A stretch of DNA of 64,000 nt, taken from NCBI GenBank assembly GCA_919901855.1, contig CAKKQC010000007.1, forward strand, positions 87,517 to 151,516, read 5' to 3'. The first letter of the stretch is position 1; each line of letters starts with the position of its first letter. Of this stretch, positions 1-10,859 are shown in pieces. The notes beneath the pieces are model-generated. The model ran no database searches. It was given only the letters and a program-made list of their open reading frames with translations, and was not told the origin of the DNA. The DNA comes from a bacterium (GTDB lineage: Bacteria; Oederibacteriota; CAKKQC01). The translations under genes and the position numbers were made by a program.

Positions 1-3000
1 CGCAGCGTGTAGACCGCGACCGTGCTCCCGGGCGGCAGGCCCTGGAACTTGACCGTGCCCCGGACGGCCCGGCGCGGGTTGTACGGATTGGGGTAGACCC
101 GGAACGGTACGCCGCAGTACGAGGGCGGCGGGGGAACGTACGGGTCTAGGATGGCGACCGAGACGATGTTGCTCTCGACCTCGCGGTATGTCCCATCCAC
201 CACGCCATGAAACGCGGCCGTCGTCCAGTTGTCTCCGAGGGGCTTCCCGGTGACGGAGACGGTCAGGGTCACGCTCCCGGCCGCTCCGGGCGGCAGGTCG
301 GGCAGTGACCAGTCCACCTTCGTGCCGTCGAAGACACACCCCGTGCCGCAGTGGTCGAATACCGCGCCCGCCGGAATCGTGTCCCAGACCTTGAACGCCA
401 TGGCCGTGTCCCGGCAATGGTTGGCGAACTCGATCGTGTAGGTGAGCAGGTCGCCCCGCAGGACGCCGGGCCGGGAGGACCGCTTCGTCAGCGTGACGCC
501 CGTGTCCCGGACCTCGACGGGTGGCGCCGCGGCGGTGACGACGGGCTGGGGCGTGCCGCAGCCGTTCCGGAACGACGCCGACGCCGCGTGCGAGAGCGAG
601 AAGACGCTGCAGGTCGGCACGGGCGCCACGGTGAGCAGTACCGTCAAGCGCGCGCCGGGCGCGAGCGGAGGCAGCGTCCAGGATGCCACGGAACCGGAGA
701 GCGTGCCTCCCGCCACCCACGTGGACCCGGCCGGCACCGTATCCCAGAGCGCGAGGTTCGCGATCGTGTCGGTTCCCGTGTTCGTGCAGGTCAGGGCGAA
801 GACGACGGTGCCGGCGGAGGACGCCTGGAAGATGCTGGGCACGATCCCGAGGTCCAGCCGGGCCTGCACGACTCCCACCGTGCACGTGTTGCTCCAGGCC
901 GGCGGCTGCGGGATCGCCGCGCTGTTCGCCAGGTCCGCCCGGGCGCCGTGGACCCCGAGCGAGCCGGTCACGGTGACGGTCAGGAATAACCCCGCACCGG
1001 CGCCGGGTGGCAGGTTTGGCAGGATCCAGGTGGTGTGTGTGCCGTCGAACGAGCATCCGGTGCCTCCGCCGCACGACCCGTACAGCGCCCCCGCGGGCAG
1101 GGTGTCGGTGACCGTTACGCTCGTGGCGGTGTCCGTCCCCGTGTTGGTAATCGAGAATCCGTACACGAGGAGGCCGCCGAGGCAGGCCGGGGCCGGGGCG
1201 GGAATCTGCCGGATAGCCAGCCGGGCCTGCGTGATCGCCACCGTGACGGGGTTGCTGATGGCGGAGCCGGGGGCGAGGGCGGTGTTCGTGAACCAGGCGG
1301 AGAACCGGTTCGACGGAGTCGTGGCCGTGATCGTCGCCGTGAACCAGACCTCGACCGTCCGGCCCGGGCCGAGGTCGGCCAGGGCCCAGCCCACGCGAAC
1401 ACCGTCGAACGCGCCGCCGTCGCAGTGGTCGTACACGACGCCCGCGGGCAGGGTGTCCAGCAGGCTGATCCCGATCGCGGTGTCGGAGCCGGCGTTGAAG
1501 GTCCGGAGCGTGTACGTGACGAGACTGCCGTCGGGGACGGGGGAGCCCGAGACGGTCTTCGTGAGCACGAGGTTCGCCCGGCGAACCGCCACGCAGGCCG
1601 CCGGACTCGAGCGCGGGCGGGCGTCGAACAGGAGCGTCGCGGAAGCCGCGTTGCACACGGTGTCACCCTCGGCGAGCGTGGCCGAGGTGCGCACCCGGAA
1701 GGCGAGCCAGCCGGAGGCGCCGGGATACGCGCGGTCCACGGTCCAGCGGAGGACGAGGGGAGGCGCCGTGCCGTCCGCCGGCTCGCCGGCCGTCCAGGGG
1801 CCGGCCGTCGACGGCCCGTAGGCGGACGCCGTGAGAGAGGGGGTGCCTGCCGGGTCCGGGTATGCGAGGAACCCGAGGCTGGGGGCGGCGTACCGGGTGC
1901 CGGGCGGCATGGTGTCCGTGATGACGAGGCCGCGCGCGATCCCTCCGGCCGTGTTCGTCCATCGGATCGTGTAGAGGATCTCGCCGCCAGCGGGCACGCC
2001 GTACGCGGGCAGGGCCTCCTTCACCAGCTCGGGCGACCCCGGCGTCACCGCCACCGTGACGGGGTTGCTGATGGCGGAGCCGGGGGCGAGGGCGGTGTTC
2101 GTGAACCAGGCGGAGAACCGGTTCGACGGAGTCGTGGCCGTGATCGTCGCCGTGAACCAGACCTCGACCGTCCGGCCCGGGCCGAGGTCGGCCAGGGCCC
2201 AGCCCACGCGAACACCGTCGAACGCGCCGCCGTCGCAGTGGTCGTACACGACGCCCGCGGGCAGGGTGTCCAGCAGGCTGATCCCGATCGCGGTGTCGGA
2301 GCCGGCGTTGAAGGTCCGGAGCGTGTACGTGACGAGACTGCCGTCGGGAACGGGGGAGCCCGAGACGGTCATCGTGAGCACGAGGTTCGCCCGGCGGACG
2401 AGCGTGCAGGCCTCCGGGCTCGGGCGCGGAGGGGCGTCGAACAGGAGGGTCGCGGACGCGGCGTTGCAGACCGGATCGCCTTCCGCGAGCGTGGCCGAGG
2501 TGCGCACCCGGAACGCGAGCCAGCCGGAGGAGCCGGGATACGCGCGGTCCACGGTCCAGCGGAGGACGAGGGGGGCAGGTGTTCCGCCCGGCGGCTCGCC
2601 CGCCGTCCAGGGGCCGGCCGTCGACGGAGCATAGGCGGACGCTGTGAGCGAGGGGGCGCCCGCCCAGTCCGGATACGCGGCGAACGCGAGGCTCGCCGGC
2701 GAATACGACGTGCCGGGCGGCAGGGCGTCCGTGATGACGAGACCGCGCACGATCCCTCCGGCCGTGTTGGTCCACCGGATCGTGTAGAGGATCTCGCCGC
2801 CGGCGGGCACGCCGTCCGCGGGCAGGGCCTCCTTCACCAGCTCGGGTGACCCCGGCGCGATGGCCACCGTGACGGGGTTGCTGGTCACGGGACCCAGCCA
2901 TTGGGTCGCGCTGTCAAGGAATCCGGCTGCCCCGCGGTTGATTGCCCCGTCCAGCGCGCCGGTGGCGCTGACCGTGACCGCGAGCGTGGCGGCTGCTCCC

Positions 3001-6000
3001 GGCACGAGCTGATCGATGGTGAACACCACCTTCGTCCCGTCGAAGGCGCACGTGGTGCCCCCGGAGCACGCGACGAAGCCGGCTCCGGGCGGCAGCGTAT
3101 CCCAGACCACGATGTCGCGCGCGCGGTCCGTACCCCAGTTCGTGATCTGGAGGTAGTAGTCGAGGAGACTCCCGTCCGGAACGACTTCCTGGCTCGCGAA
3201 CTTGGCCAGGGCGATCCGGGGCGTCACGAGGAAGACGCTGACGGGATTGCTCGGCTTGTCCGGTGCGACCTTCCCGGCCTCGTCCCGGTACCCGAACCGG
3301 GCGATGTTGGGTCCGAGCGTAAGGCCAGATCCGTTGGCCGAAACGGTCACGGACACGGTGCCGGACGAGCCGGGCGGAAGATCCGGCGGCAGTTGCCATG
3401 TCACGATGCCCTCGTGCACGGTACACGACAGGCCGCCGCTGCAGGCGACGAAGTCGGCGCCCGGGGGAAGCGTGTCCCAGAGGGCGACCTGGCTGGCCGT
3501 CATCGCCCCCGCGTTCGCGTAATCGATGGTGTAGGCGAAGGGCATGCCCCGGTTCAGGATCCAGCCGCTCGGGGTCTTGGTGAGCCGGATATCGATCCCG
3601 ACCGGGTTGACGACCTCGTTGCTGATCGACGTCCGCGAGCCGAGGAACACCGTAGCCGAGGCGCTGTTCGCAATCACCGCGCCTGGCTCGAACGCGGTGG
3701 CCGACACGACCAGCCGGTACCGGATGAAGCCGCTCCGGTCCGGGGCGGCCCGGTCCACGACCCATCTCAACAGGAGCGGCACGTCGGCCAGGTCGGGCGG
3801 CTCCCCGGCGGTCCACGGCCCGTCGATGGACGGACTCCACGCCACTCCGGCGAGCGACGGCGTCCCCAGGTCGTCCGGCCTCGCCCAGAACTCGAGGCTG
3901 GGAGAGCGGTATCGCGTGAGGGCCGGCAGGTTGTCCGTGATCGTGAGGCCGTAGAGGGTGTCCCCGCCCACGGTCCTCCAGGAGATGGTGTAGGTCAGCT
4001 CGGTGCCGTCCAGGACCGCCCCACTCGGCGAGGAGTCCTTGAAGAGCGACGCCGTGCTCCGGAGCGATCCGATCTCGGTGGTCACGTATTGGGTGAAGGA
4101 GAAGGACTCGCCGGGACCGATGGTGAGCGGTGCGGTCTTGCCCCAGTAGTAGACCATGGCGCTGTCGGTGCCCGAACCCGTGTTGACGAAGTCCCAGGCT
4201 TCCCCGACGGACGTTCCCCATGACGCGTACCGGAGCTCGTCGGGCTGGGTGGCGGGCCGGGCCACGTCGCACCCGCTCACGCTCCCGAACACGCTGAAGG
4301 TCGGCGAAGAGGGGAAGTCCACCTGCTCGTACCGCGGGAAGTCCGGCGGCGCGAACGTGACGAAGGTGTCGCTGAAAACCCCGTCGGGATCGCGCGACCT
4401 GAACCACGAATCGTCGCTGCTCGCGATCATCCAGTCCCAGAGGTACCGGACGCCGTACTGGCGCGCGGATGCCGTAATGTTGTTTACCGAGACGGTGTGC
4501 CGGACCTTGGAATCCGCCAGGCTGCTGCCCGAGATCGCGACATCCTCGATCACGATGTAGTCCGGCAGGTTGTAGGTGGCCCGGAACTCCTTCGGCCCGA
4601 GCGCGGTCAGGGAGCAGGGGTAATCCGACATCCTGCCGGCCGTGTAACCCGCCTCGACGGTCGGGTAGCCGTCCTCGTTGGTCCACACGGTCAGGCCGTC
4701 GACGTCGCGCACGCTGAAGTACGAGGTGGACTGGGAGGGATAGATGACGTTCTGGTTCGGGTGGGGATGGTCCTCCCCGGTGCGGACCGTGAACTGGCCC
4801 ATCCCCGCGTTGTCGGCGCTCTCTCCGGTACACTCGACGGTCAGGATGCCGTTCGTGAACACGCACGGAATCGCGCACCCGTCGGAATCCTCGCCGGACA
4901 CCGGCAATCCCGTCAGCTGGTCGATCCCGGTCGCGGTCGCCGTGAACTGCACGTTCCCGACGCCGGTGACGCTGAAGGTCCACAGGAAGGTCTGGCTCGC
5001 CCCCGGCCCCAGGGCCACGGGACCGGGCGGAACGGGGCCGGCCAGGAGCTGCATGGCCAGCGGGTTGACCGGGATCCAGATGGAGGGCGACACCCCGGTC
5101 AGGGTCCCCGTCCCCGGGTTCTCGGCCGTCAGCGCCGCCAGCACGATGTCGCCCATGGCGGGATTGGGCGGCGTCACGGTGAGGCTGACGACCACGCAGG
5201 CCGAGGTGGGGCGGTACCGGATCACGCGCCAGTTTTCGGCCTGGCCGGCGTCGGAACGGTCCTCGCTGCCCGCCAGGAGAATGTCGCCGGAGGGGGCGAT
5301 GGCCACTCCGTATGCCTCGTCGTAGCCTCCCGCCGGACCGTCGTAGCTGACGGACCACAACTCCTCCCCGGTCGAGTCGAACAGGACCATGCGCCAGTCG
5401 TAGTTCGTGCCCAGGTCGGCCCGATACTCGCTCCCGGCGAGGAGGACCCGGCCGTTGACGTCGACGGAGACCGCGTGGGCCGTGTCGTACCCGTTCCCGG
5501 GGTCGTTGTACGACTTCGTCCAGAGCAGGTTGCCCGCGGCGTCGTACGTTCGCACGAGCTGGTCGGAGTCCTGGCCGATGTCCCACCGGTATTCGGATCC
5601 GGCCACGACGATGCGGCCGGCGGGGTCGATCGCGACGGCGGTGGCCTGGTCCGTGCTGTTGGCCGGGCTGTTGTACGACCGTTCCCAGAGGAGGGATCCG
5701 TCGGGATCGTACCGGCGCACGAGCCAGTTGTTGCCCTGCCCGAGGTCGAGGCGATTCTCGTACCCCGCGACGACGATGTCGCCGGCGGAATCCACGGCGA
5801 CGCCCTCCGCCCGGTCGGAGCCGCTCCCGGGTCCGGTGTATGAACGGCTCCAGAGGAGGGCGCCATCGGGATCGTACTTGAGGATCCGCCAGTTGTCTCC
5901 CTGGCCGAGGTCCGTGCGGGCTTCGTATCCGGCCACAACGATGTTCCCCGCGGCATCCGCCGCCACTGCGACGGCCTGATCGTCGCCGTTGCCGGGGCTG

Positions 6001-9000
6001 TTGTAGGAACGGCTCCAGAGGAGGGCGCCGTCGGAATCGTACTTGCGCACATGCCAGTTGTTGCCCTGGAGGAGGTCCCAGCGTGCCTCGGCTCCCGCGA
6101 CGATGATATTGCCTCCGCCATCGATTGCCACGGCGTAGGCGCGGTCGAAGTAGTGGGCGGGAGAGTCGTAGGTCACGGTCCAGATCAGGTTGCCCGCGGG
6201 CCCGTACTTCCGGATCAGCCAGTTGCCGTCCTGGAAGATGTCGTACCGGCTCTCATGGCCGGCGACGACGGCGTTGCCCGCCCCGTCCACGGCCACAGCC
6301 GCCGCAGCGTCGGCGTAGTTCGCGGGGGAGTCGTAGTCCACGCTCCACACCTCGTTGGGCGGGCACCGCGCGGCGACCAGGGCGGTCGCGATGTCCAGCC
6401 TCACGCTGTGGACCGAGACCGGACGGTGCAGGCACGCATCCTCGCCCGTCACGGTGGCCGTGAACACGACGGATCCCGCCGCATCGGCGAGGTAGGTCCA
6501 GGTGAACGAGACCGATCCGCCGGGGTCGAGGACCACGGGACCGGCTGGCGTCGGACCGGTGACCAGGCTGGCGGCGCCCCCGGCCGGATGGCATACGAGC
6601 GCGGGGCTGAGGTCGAACAGCGGACCGGTGCCCGGGTTCGAGGCGTCCAGCACGACCGTGACCGGTTGGCCGACCGCCGCGGTCGAGGGCGACACCGTGA
6701 GCGTGGAGGCCAGCTCGCCGGCGGTGCCGGTGACGAGGGTGCCGGACGAGATGGCGGCGAGCAGGCATTCGGTGACCGGATCCGCCGCCTGCGCCCTGCC
6801 GGTCAGCGCCACCGCGCCCTGCCCCGATACGCTCAGGGTCCAGACGAAGACTTGGCGGCTCCCTGCCGCGATCGTGACCGGACCGGACGGTGAGGGCCCG
6901 CTGATCGATTCGACCAGCCCCGCGCCCTGGTCGAGCGTGAGCCAGGGGGTGACGCCCGGAATGTCGACCGCGGCCGTGTCAGTGACCGTGAGCGCGACCT
7001 CGAACCAGCGCCCCGTGCAGGCGCCGGCCGGGATCGAGAGGCTTCCGGTGAGCCATGCCGAGGCCAGCACCGTGATCGCGGGGGATACCCAAGGCCCCGT
7101 GTCGAGCGGACTCCCGCTGTTCGCGTCCCGGCCCGCGACGGTCGCGGTGAACTCGACGCTTCCGCCGGCGGTCGCCCGGTAGACCCAGGTCAGGCTCGTG
7201 CGCTGGCCTCCCTCGAGCCGGGCGACGGGAGGGGGGGAGGAGACGAGTGCGATCCCGCCGCTTCCTCCCGGTGAGAGGGCGGGCCCACCGACATCCAGCG
7301 CGGCGGCCTCCCCCGTGTTGGTGACGGTCGCGACGACGCTGACCAGGTTTCCGCCGCACACGGGGTCGGGCTGGGCCGTCAGCGGCCCTCCTTCCAGGAC
7401 GGCGGGACGCTGGACGGTCAGCACGACCGCGGGGTGCGCGGCCGGCATGGCCACGCCCGAGTTGGCGTCCGCAGCGGTGACCGTGGTCGAGAAGCGGACG
7501 GGCCCGGCCAGGGTCGCCGTGAATGTCCACGTGAACACGATCGCGGAACCGCCGGGCAGGCTCAAGGGAGGCACGGGCCACGGTCCCGCGAGGAGGCCCG
7601 CGTTCCCGGTGCCCGCGAGCAGGAGCGGCTCCATGGTGAGCCCGGCCAGGGCGGCCTGTCCGGTGTTGGTGACAGTCAGTGTGACCATGAAGGACTGGCC
7701 GGTGCTGGCCGGGTTCGGCACCGCCGCCAGCCGGGCATCCATGAGGGCCGGGACCTGGACGAGCGTTCCGGCCGCGTCGCCGTCGCACGGGTTGGCTCCC
7801 GCCGTCGCGTTGAACGCCGCCCGGCCCGTTCCGGTCGCCAGGAAGTGCCACGTAAACGTCTGCGCGCTTCCCGCCGGGACCGGGAACGGGCCGGCGGGAA
7901 CGGGCCCCGACACGAGGGTGACCAGCCCCGCGGCGGGCACGACGGCGATGGCGGGAGACGCCGCCGTCGTGCCGCTGCCGGTGTTCGTCACCGTAAGCGT
8001 GACGTCGAAGGACTGCCCGGAGGAGACCGTGTCCGGCGCGGCCGCGTGCGTGTCGAAGGGAACCGGATCGTCCACGAGGTTCGCCGCGGGGTCGGACGGG
8101 AACGCACGGCTCTCGCCCGTAAACGTGGCCGAGGCCCGGTTCGTGACGAGCGATCCCTGGGCGAGGGCGGAGGACACCGCGATCCGGTAGCCGATCGATC
8201 CCGACCGGCCCGGCGCGACCCGGTCCACGACCCAGCGCAGGACCAGGGGCGCCGCCGTGCCGGGGGCCGGGAGGCCGGGCGTCCACGGGCCGGCCGCCGA
8301 GGAGGCCCATGCCGATGACGTGAGAGCCGGCGTCCCGAGCGCGTCGGCCTGCGCGAAGAGACCGGGCTGGCCGGACGAGAACGCGGTGCCGTTCGGCAGG
8401 GTATCGGTGATGGTGAGCGCGAACGCGTTGGTCCACCCCCCCTTGGTCCACGAGATCGCGTAATCGACCGTCCGGCCCGCGCAGACATATCCGGCGGGGT
8501 TCGCCTGCTTGCGCACGACCAGCCGCGGCACGCCCGTGACCGTGGCCGTCGTCGAGACGTCCGCAAACCGGGGATCGTCCACGCGGGCGACGACCAGGTG
8601 GCGTCCCGGAGTCGCCGACAGGACGAGTGACGTCGTGAACCGGGGCGGGGTGCCCGCCGTGGTCCCCGTGGCCGGCACGATCGCGGCTCCCGGCGGGGAG
8701 GACACCAGCGTGGCGCGCACGGGGACACCCCGGATGGCGGCTCCGGTTCCGTCCCGGGCGACGATCTCGAGGGCCGTGATGAGGCCCGCCTCGTTCGGAT
8801 CAGGGACGGCCTTCACCTCGAGGGAAGCCGGGGACAGTCCCGGGATCGTGAAGGCGGGGAGGGGCATCCACAGGGGGGATTCGCTGTCCCAGTCGGTCAG
8901 GTAGGCGTCCGGCACGCAGGTCACGGGGGCGTAGCCCTCGTTGGGGTTGATGGCGAGCGTCGTCGAATACGAGCTGATGGTGGCGGCCATCCAGGTCTCC

Positions 9001-10604
9001 AAGAGGAAGCCCTCCTGGTCGCCTCCGTCCGACCGGTGGATGACGACCCGGCCGCTGGCGATGGCCCACTCGGGGTCGTCGCACAGCAACGAGAAGACGG
9101 CGAAGCCCGCGCCGCTGTCCGGGAACTCGTGACGCGAGACCGGGTCCGGGCCGGCCGCGGGGGTGAGCGCCGTCACGGATTCGTACAGGTACGCGGACGC
9201 GAAGTAGTACGGAGTGCGGCCCAGTCCGCCCAGCGCGTGGTAGGCGTTCAGCCTTCCGTGTCCCATGTGCTGCTCGAATCCGTCGCCGTTGTAGTAGTTC
9301 CCGGCGGGCGGCGCTATCCGGTCGGCCGTACCGATAAGCCGCCGCCGCACGGTTTCGGGGGCCCAGTCCGGATTCTGGCTCAGGGCCAGCGCGGCGACGC
9401 CGGCCGTGATCGGGGAGGCGAACGAGGTGCCGTTCGCGGCGTCGTAGGCCCCGCCGGGGTAGGTGCTGATCAGCCCGGGCGTCCCCTGGCCCGGGGCCAC
9501 CAGGGCCAGCGGGGGGCCGAAGCACGAGAAGCTGGAGAGCTGGTCGTGCTCGTCCACGCTGCCCACGGCGATGACTTCCGGATAGGCTCCCGGATAGTTG
9601 ACGGCGTTGGCGGAGTTGCCCGCCGCGGCGATGATCACGATGCCGACGGAGGCCAGGTCCCGGACCGCCTCGCGCATGGCCAGCGAGGACGCGGGGCCTC
9701 CGAGGCTCATGTTGACGACATGGGCCCCGTGGTCCTTCGCGAACTCGATTCCCTCGACGATGTCGGCCCAGTTTCCCCATCCCTGCGGGCTCATGACCTT
9801 GATGGGCATGATCCGAGGTTCCCACGTGACGCCTGCGATCCCGATCGCGTTGTTCGTGGCCGCGCCGATGAACCCCGCCACCATCGTGCCGTGCATGTTG
9901 TCGTCCATCGGGTCGTCGTCTCCATTGAAAGCGTCCCGGCCGACTACGAAGCCCCCGGTCAGCGCGGGGCCGGGGCCGGACGGGGCCGTCAGGATGCGCG
10001 AAGCCCCGCTCCCGGGATCGAAGTCGGGATGAGTGTAATCCACGCCCGTGTCCACGACGGCGACGACGAGGGAGGCGGATCCCTTCGATCCCGTGAGCAG
10101 GGGGTCGTTCCAGGCCTTGTCGGCCAGTATCTGGGTCAGGTAGGTCTGGGCGGGCAGGAGCGTGCCCTGATAATAGGGGTCGTTGGGGGACGAGAAGGGC
10201 ATGGCCCGCATGATCCCGTTGGGCTCCGCCCATTCCACGTTCGGGTTCCTTACCAGCGCGTCGAGGACCGCCTCGAGGGACCGCCCGCCACCCGCATGGA
10301 GGAGCTGGACCCGGGCCGGGCGCAGGTCGCGGAGATGCGCCAGGCCCAGCGCGCCGGCCAGCGCCGTCCGGTCGGCGGCACCCGTACCCGCCTTCCACCG
10401 GATGATGACTTCGTCGGCTATGGCCTCGATGCGCCCGCCCTGCCATGCGATCTCGCGGATCGCGGATGCGTCCCGCGAGCGGGCCGGCGCGGCATGGGCG
10501 GTGAGGTCGGGAAGTGGGAGCACCAGCCACGCGAGCACGACGAGCGCTTTGCGCCCGGCGGTGCGCGACCGCGGAAGCCGGGGCGCATGGGATGTCAGGA
10601 CCAC
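1..10604 (-). CDS. Giant secreted S8 (subtilisin-like) serine peptidase with beta-propeller, Ig-like/DUF11-like repeats and a C-terminal sorting-type domain; >3,530 aa, 3' end beyond the window
   Basis: Same minus frame at spot checks (10604, 8942, 4574, 5); GTG start after GGAAGG; signal-like RKALVVLAWLVLP; triad motifs VAVVDTGVD (~10050), DDNMHGTMVAG (~9890), ANGTSFASP (~9420); propeller repeats ~5230-6350; C-terminal FRVYPNPYNP...TVKFQGLPPGSTVAVYT. Confidence 0.85.
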   Translation of the reverse strand, partial: MVLTSHAPRLPRSRTAGRKALVVLAWLVLPLPDLTAHAAPARSRDASAIREIAWQGGRIEAIADEVIIRWKAGTGAADRTALAGALGLAHLRDLRPARVQLLHAGGGRSLEAVLDALVRNPNVEWAEPNGIMRAMPFSSPNDPYYQGTLLPAQTYLTQILADKAWNDPLLTGSKGSASLVVAVVDTGVDYTHPDFDPGSGASRILTAPSGPGPALTGGFVVGRDAFNGDDDPMDDNMHGTMVAGFIGAATNNAIGIAGVTWEPRIMPIKVMSPQGWGNWADIVEGIEFAKDHGAHVVNMSLGGPASSLAMREAVRDLASVGIVIIAAAGNSANAVNYPGAYPEVIAVGSVDEHDQLSSFSCFGPPLALVAPGQGTPGLISTYPGGAYDAANGTSFASPITAGVAALALSQNPDWAPETVRRRLIGTADRIAPPAGNYYNGDGFEQHMGHGRLNAYHALGGLGRTPYYFASAYLYESVTALTPAAGPDPVSRHEFPDSGAGFAVFSLLCDDPEWAIASGRVVIHRSDGGDQEGFLLETWMAATISSYSTTLAINPNEGYAPVTCVPDAYLTDWDSESPLWMPLPAFTIPGLSPASLEVKAVPDPNEAGLITALEIVARDGTGAAIRGVPVRATLVSSPPGAAIVPATGTTAGTPPRFTTSLVLSATPGRHLVVARVDDPRFADVSTTATVTGVPRLVVRKQANPAGYVCAGRTVDYAISWTKGGWTNAFALTITDTLPNGTAFSSGQPGLFAQADALGTPALTSSAWASSAAGPWTPGLPAPGTAAPLVLRWVVDRVAPGRSGSIGYRIAVSSALAQGSLVTNRASATFTGESRAFPSDPAANLVDDPVPFDTHAAAPDTVSSGQSFDVTLTVTNTGSGTTAASPAIAVVPAAGLVTLVSGPVPAGPFPVPAGSAQTFTWHFLATGTGRAAFNATAGANPCDGDAAGTLVQVPALMDARLAAVPNPASTGQSFMVTLTVTNTGQAALAGLTMEPLLLAGTGNAGLLAGPWPVPPLSLPGGSAIVFTWTFTATLAGPVRFSTTVTAADANSGVAMPAAHPAVVLTVQRPAVLEGGPLTAQPDPVCGGNLVSVVATVTNTGEAAALDVGGPALSPGGSGGIALVSSPPPVARLEGGQRTSLTWVYRATAGGSVEFTATVAGRDANSGSPLDTGPWVSPAITVLASAWLTGSLSIPAGACTGRWFEVALTVTDTAAVDIPGVTPWLTLDQGAGLVESISGPSPSGPVTIAAGSRQVFVWTLSVSGQGAVALTGRAQAADPVTECLLAAISSGTLVTGTAGELASTLTVSPSTAAVGQPVTVVLDASNPGTGPLFDLSPALVCHPAGGAASLVTGPTPAGPVVLDPGGSVSFTWTYLADAAGSVVFTATVTGEDACLHRPVSVHSVRLDIATALVAARCPPNEVWSVDYDSPANYADAAAAVAVDGAGNAVVAGHESRYDIFQDGNWLIRKYGPAGNLIWTVTYDSPAHYFDRAYAVAIDGGGNIIVAGAEARWDLLQGNNWHVRKYDSDGALLWSRSYNSPGNGDDQAVAVAADAAGNIVVAGYEARTDLGQGDNWRILKYDPDGALLWSRSYTGPGSGSDRAEGVAVDSAGDIVVAGYENRLDLGQGNNWLVRRYDPDGSLLWERSYNSPANSTDQATAVAIDPAGRIVVAGSEYRWDIGQDSDQLVRTYDAAGNLLWTKSYNDPGNGYDTAHAVSVDVNGRVLLAGSEYRADLGTNYDWRMVLFDSTGEELWSVSYDGPAGGYDEAYGVAIAPSGDILLAGSEDRSDAGQAENWRVIRYRPTSACVVVSLTVTPPNPAMGDIVLAALTAENPGTGTLTGVSPSIWIPVNPLAMQLLAGPVPPGPVALGPGASQTFLWTFSVTGVGNVQFTATATGIDQLTGLPVSGEDSDGCAIPCVFTNGILTVECTGESADNAGMGQFTVRTGEDHPHPNQNVIYPSQSTSYFSVRDVDGLTVWTNEDGYPTVEAGYTAGRMSDYPCSLTALGPKEFRATYNLPDYIVIEDVAISGSSLADSKVRHTVSVNNITASARQYGVRYLWDWMIASSDDSWFRSRDPDGVFSDTFVTFAPPDFPRYEQVDFPSSPTFSVFGSVSGCDVARPATQPDELRYASWGTSVGEAWDFVNTGSGTDSAMVYYWGKTAPLTIGPGESFSFTQYVTTEIGSLRSTASLFKDSSPSGAVLDGTELTYTISWRTVGGDTLYGLTITDNLPALTRYRSPSLEFWARPDDLGTPSLAGVAWSPSIDGPWTAGEPPDLADVPLLLRWVVDRAAPDRSGFIRYRLVVSATAFEPGAVIANSASATVFLGSRTSISNEVVNPVGIDIRLTKTPSGWILNRGMPFAYTIDYANAGAMTASQVALWDTLPPGADFVACSGGLSCTVHEGIVTWQLPPDLPPGSSGTVSVTVSANGSGLTLGPNIARFGYRDEAGKVAPDKPSNPVSVFLVTPRIALAKFASQEVVPDGSLLDYYLQITNWGTDRARDIVVWDTLPPGAGFVACSGGTTCAFDGTKVVFTIDQLVPGAAATLAVTVSATGALDGAINRGAAGFLDSATQWLGPVTSNPVTVAIAPGSPELVKEALPADGVPAGGEILYTIRWTNTAGGIVRGLVITDALPPGTSYSPASLAFAAYPDWAGAPSLTASAYAPSTAGPWTAGEPPGGTPAPLVLRWTVDRAYPGSSGWLAFRVRTSATLAEGDPVCNAASATLLFDAPPRPSPEACTLVRRANLVLTMTVSGSPVPDGSLVTYTLRTFNAGSDTAIGISLLDTLPAGVVYDHCDGGAFDGVRVGWALADLGPGRTVEVWFTATITATTPSNRFSAWFTNTALAPGSAISNPVTVAVTPGSPELVKEALPAYGVPAGGEILYTIRWTNTAGGIARGLVITDTMPPGTRYAAPSLGFLAYPDPAGTPSLTASAYGPSTAGPWTAGEPADGTAPPLVLRWTVDRAYPGASGWLAFRVRTSATLAEGDTVCNAASATLLFDARPRSSPAACVAVRRANLVLTKTVSGSPVPDGSLVTYTLRTFNAGSDTAIGISLLDTLPAGVVYDHCDGGAFDGVRVGWALADLGPGRTVEVWFTATITATTPSNRFSAWFTNTALAPGSAISNPVTVAITQARLAIRQIPAPAPACLGGLLVYGFSITNTGTDTATSVTVTDTLPAGALYGSCGGGTGCSFDGTHTTWILPNLPPGAGAGLFLTVTVTGSLGVHGARADLANSAAIPQPPAWSNTCTVGVVQARLDLGIVPSIFQASSAGTVVFALTCTNTGTDTIANLALWDTVPAGSTWVAGGTLSGSVASWTLPPLAPGARLTVLLTVAPVPTCSVFSLSHAASASFRNGCGTPQPVVTAAAPPVEVRDTGVTLTKRSSRPGVLRGDLLTYTIEFANHCRDTAMAFKVWDTIPAGAVFDHCGTGCVFDGTKVDWSLPDLPPGAAGSVTLTVSVTGKPLGDNWTTAAFHGVVDGTYREVESNIVSVAILDPYVPPPPSYCGVPFRVYPNPYNPRRAVRGTVKFQGLPPGSTVAVYTL
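1236..2861. repeat. Intragenic tandem duplication, 2 x 813 bp (271 aa)
   Basis: The ccaccgtgacggggttgctg junction recurs at an 813-bp period (1238, 2051, 2864); the first ~350 bp of the two copies are nearly identical. Confidence 0.9.
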
Positions 10605-10859
10605 TTCCAGACCTTCCTGCCGCCGTTCATCCGTTCGCCGATCCCTCCCGTCGATTGGAACCCAACGCCTCCACGCACCGGGGACGTGGTCCGGCTCGGC
10701 CCAAGCATCCGTGCCTACCTAATAATATGCACGCGCCGTGCCGGGATGAGCCGTCGCCGTTGCTGGGGATCGGGGAGGCGGGGTGGGGAGAAAATTCCCG
10801 GGGGCGGGGTGCCAGCGCCCCACCGCTGTCAGGTGTCAGTCAGCGCGCCAGCCGCGCTT

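Noticed and set aside
229-10722. Numerous long + strand and alternative-frame ORFs in the track
   Set aside because: They are shadow ORFs of the giant minus-strand gene, caused by high GC; their translations are Arg/Gly/Pro-rich with no motifs.
10605-10859. Possible riboswitch in the leader of the giant protease
   Set aside because: A TATTAT -10-like site is present (~10722-27, minus strand), but no known aptamer consensus could be matched by eye.
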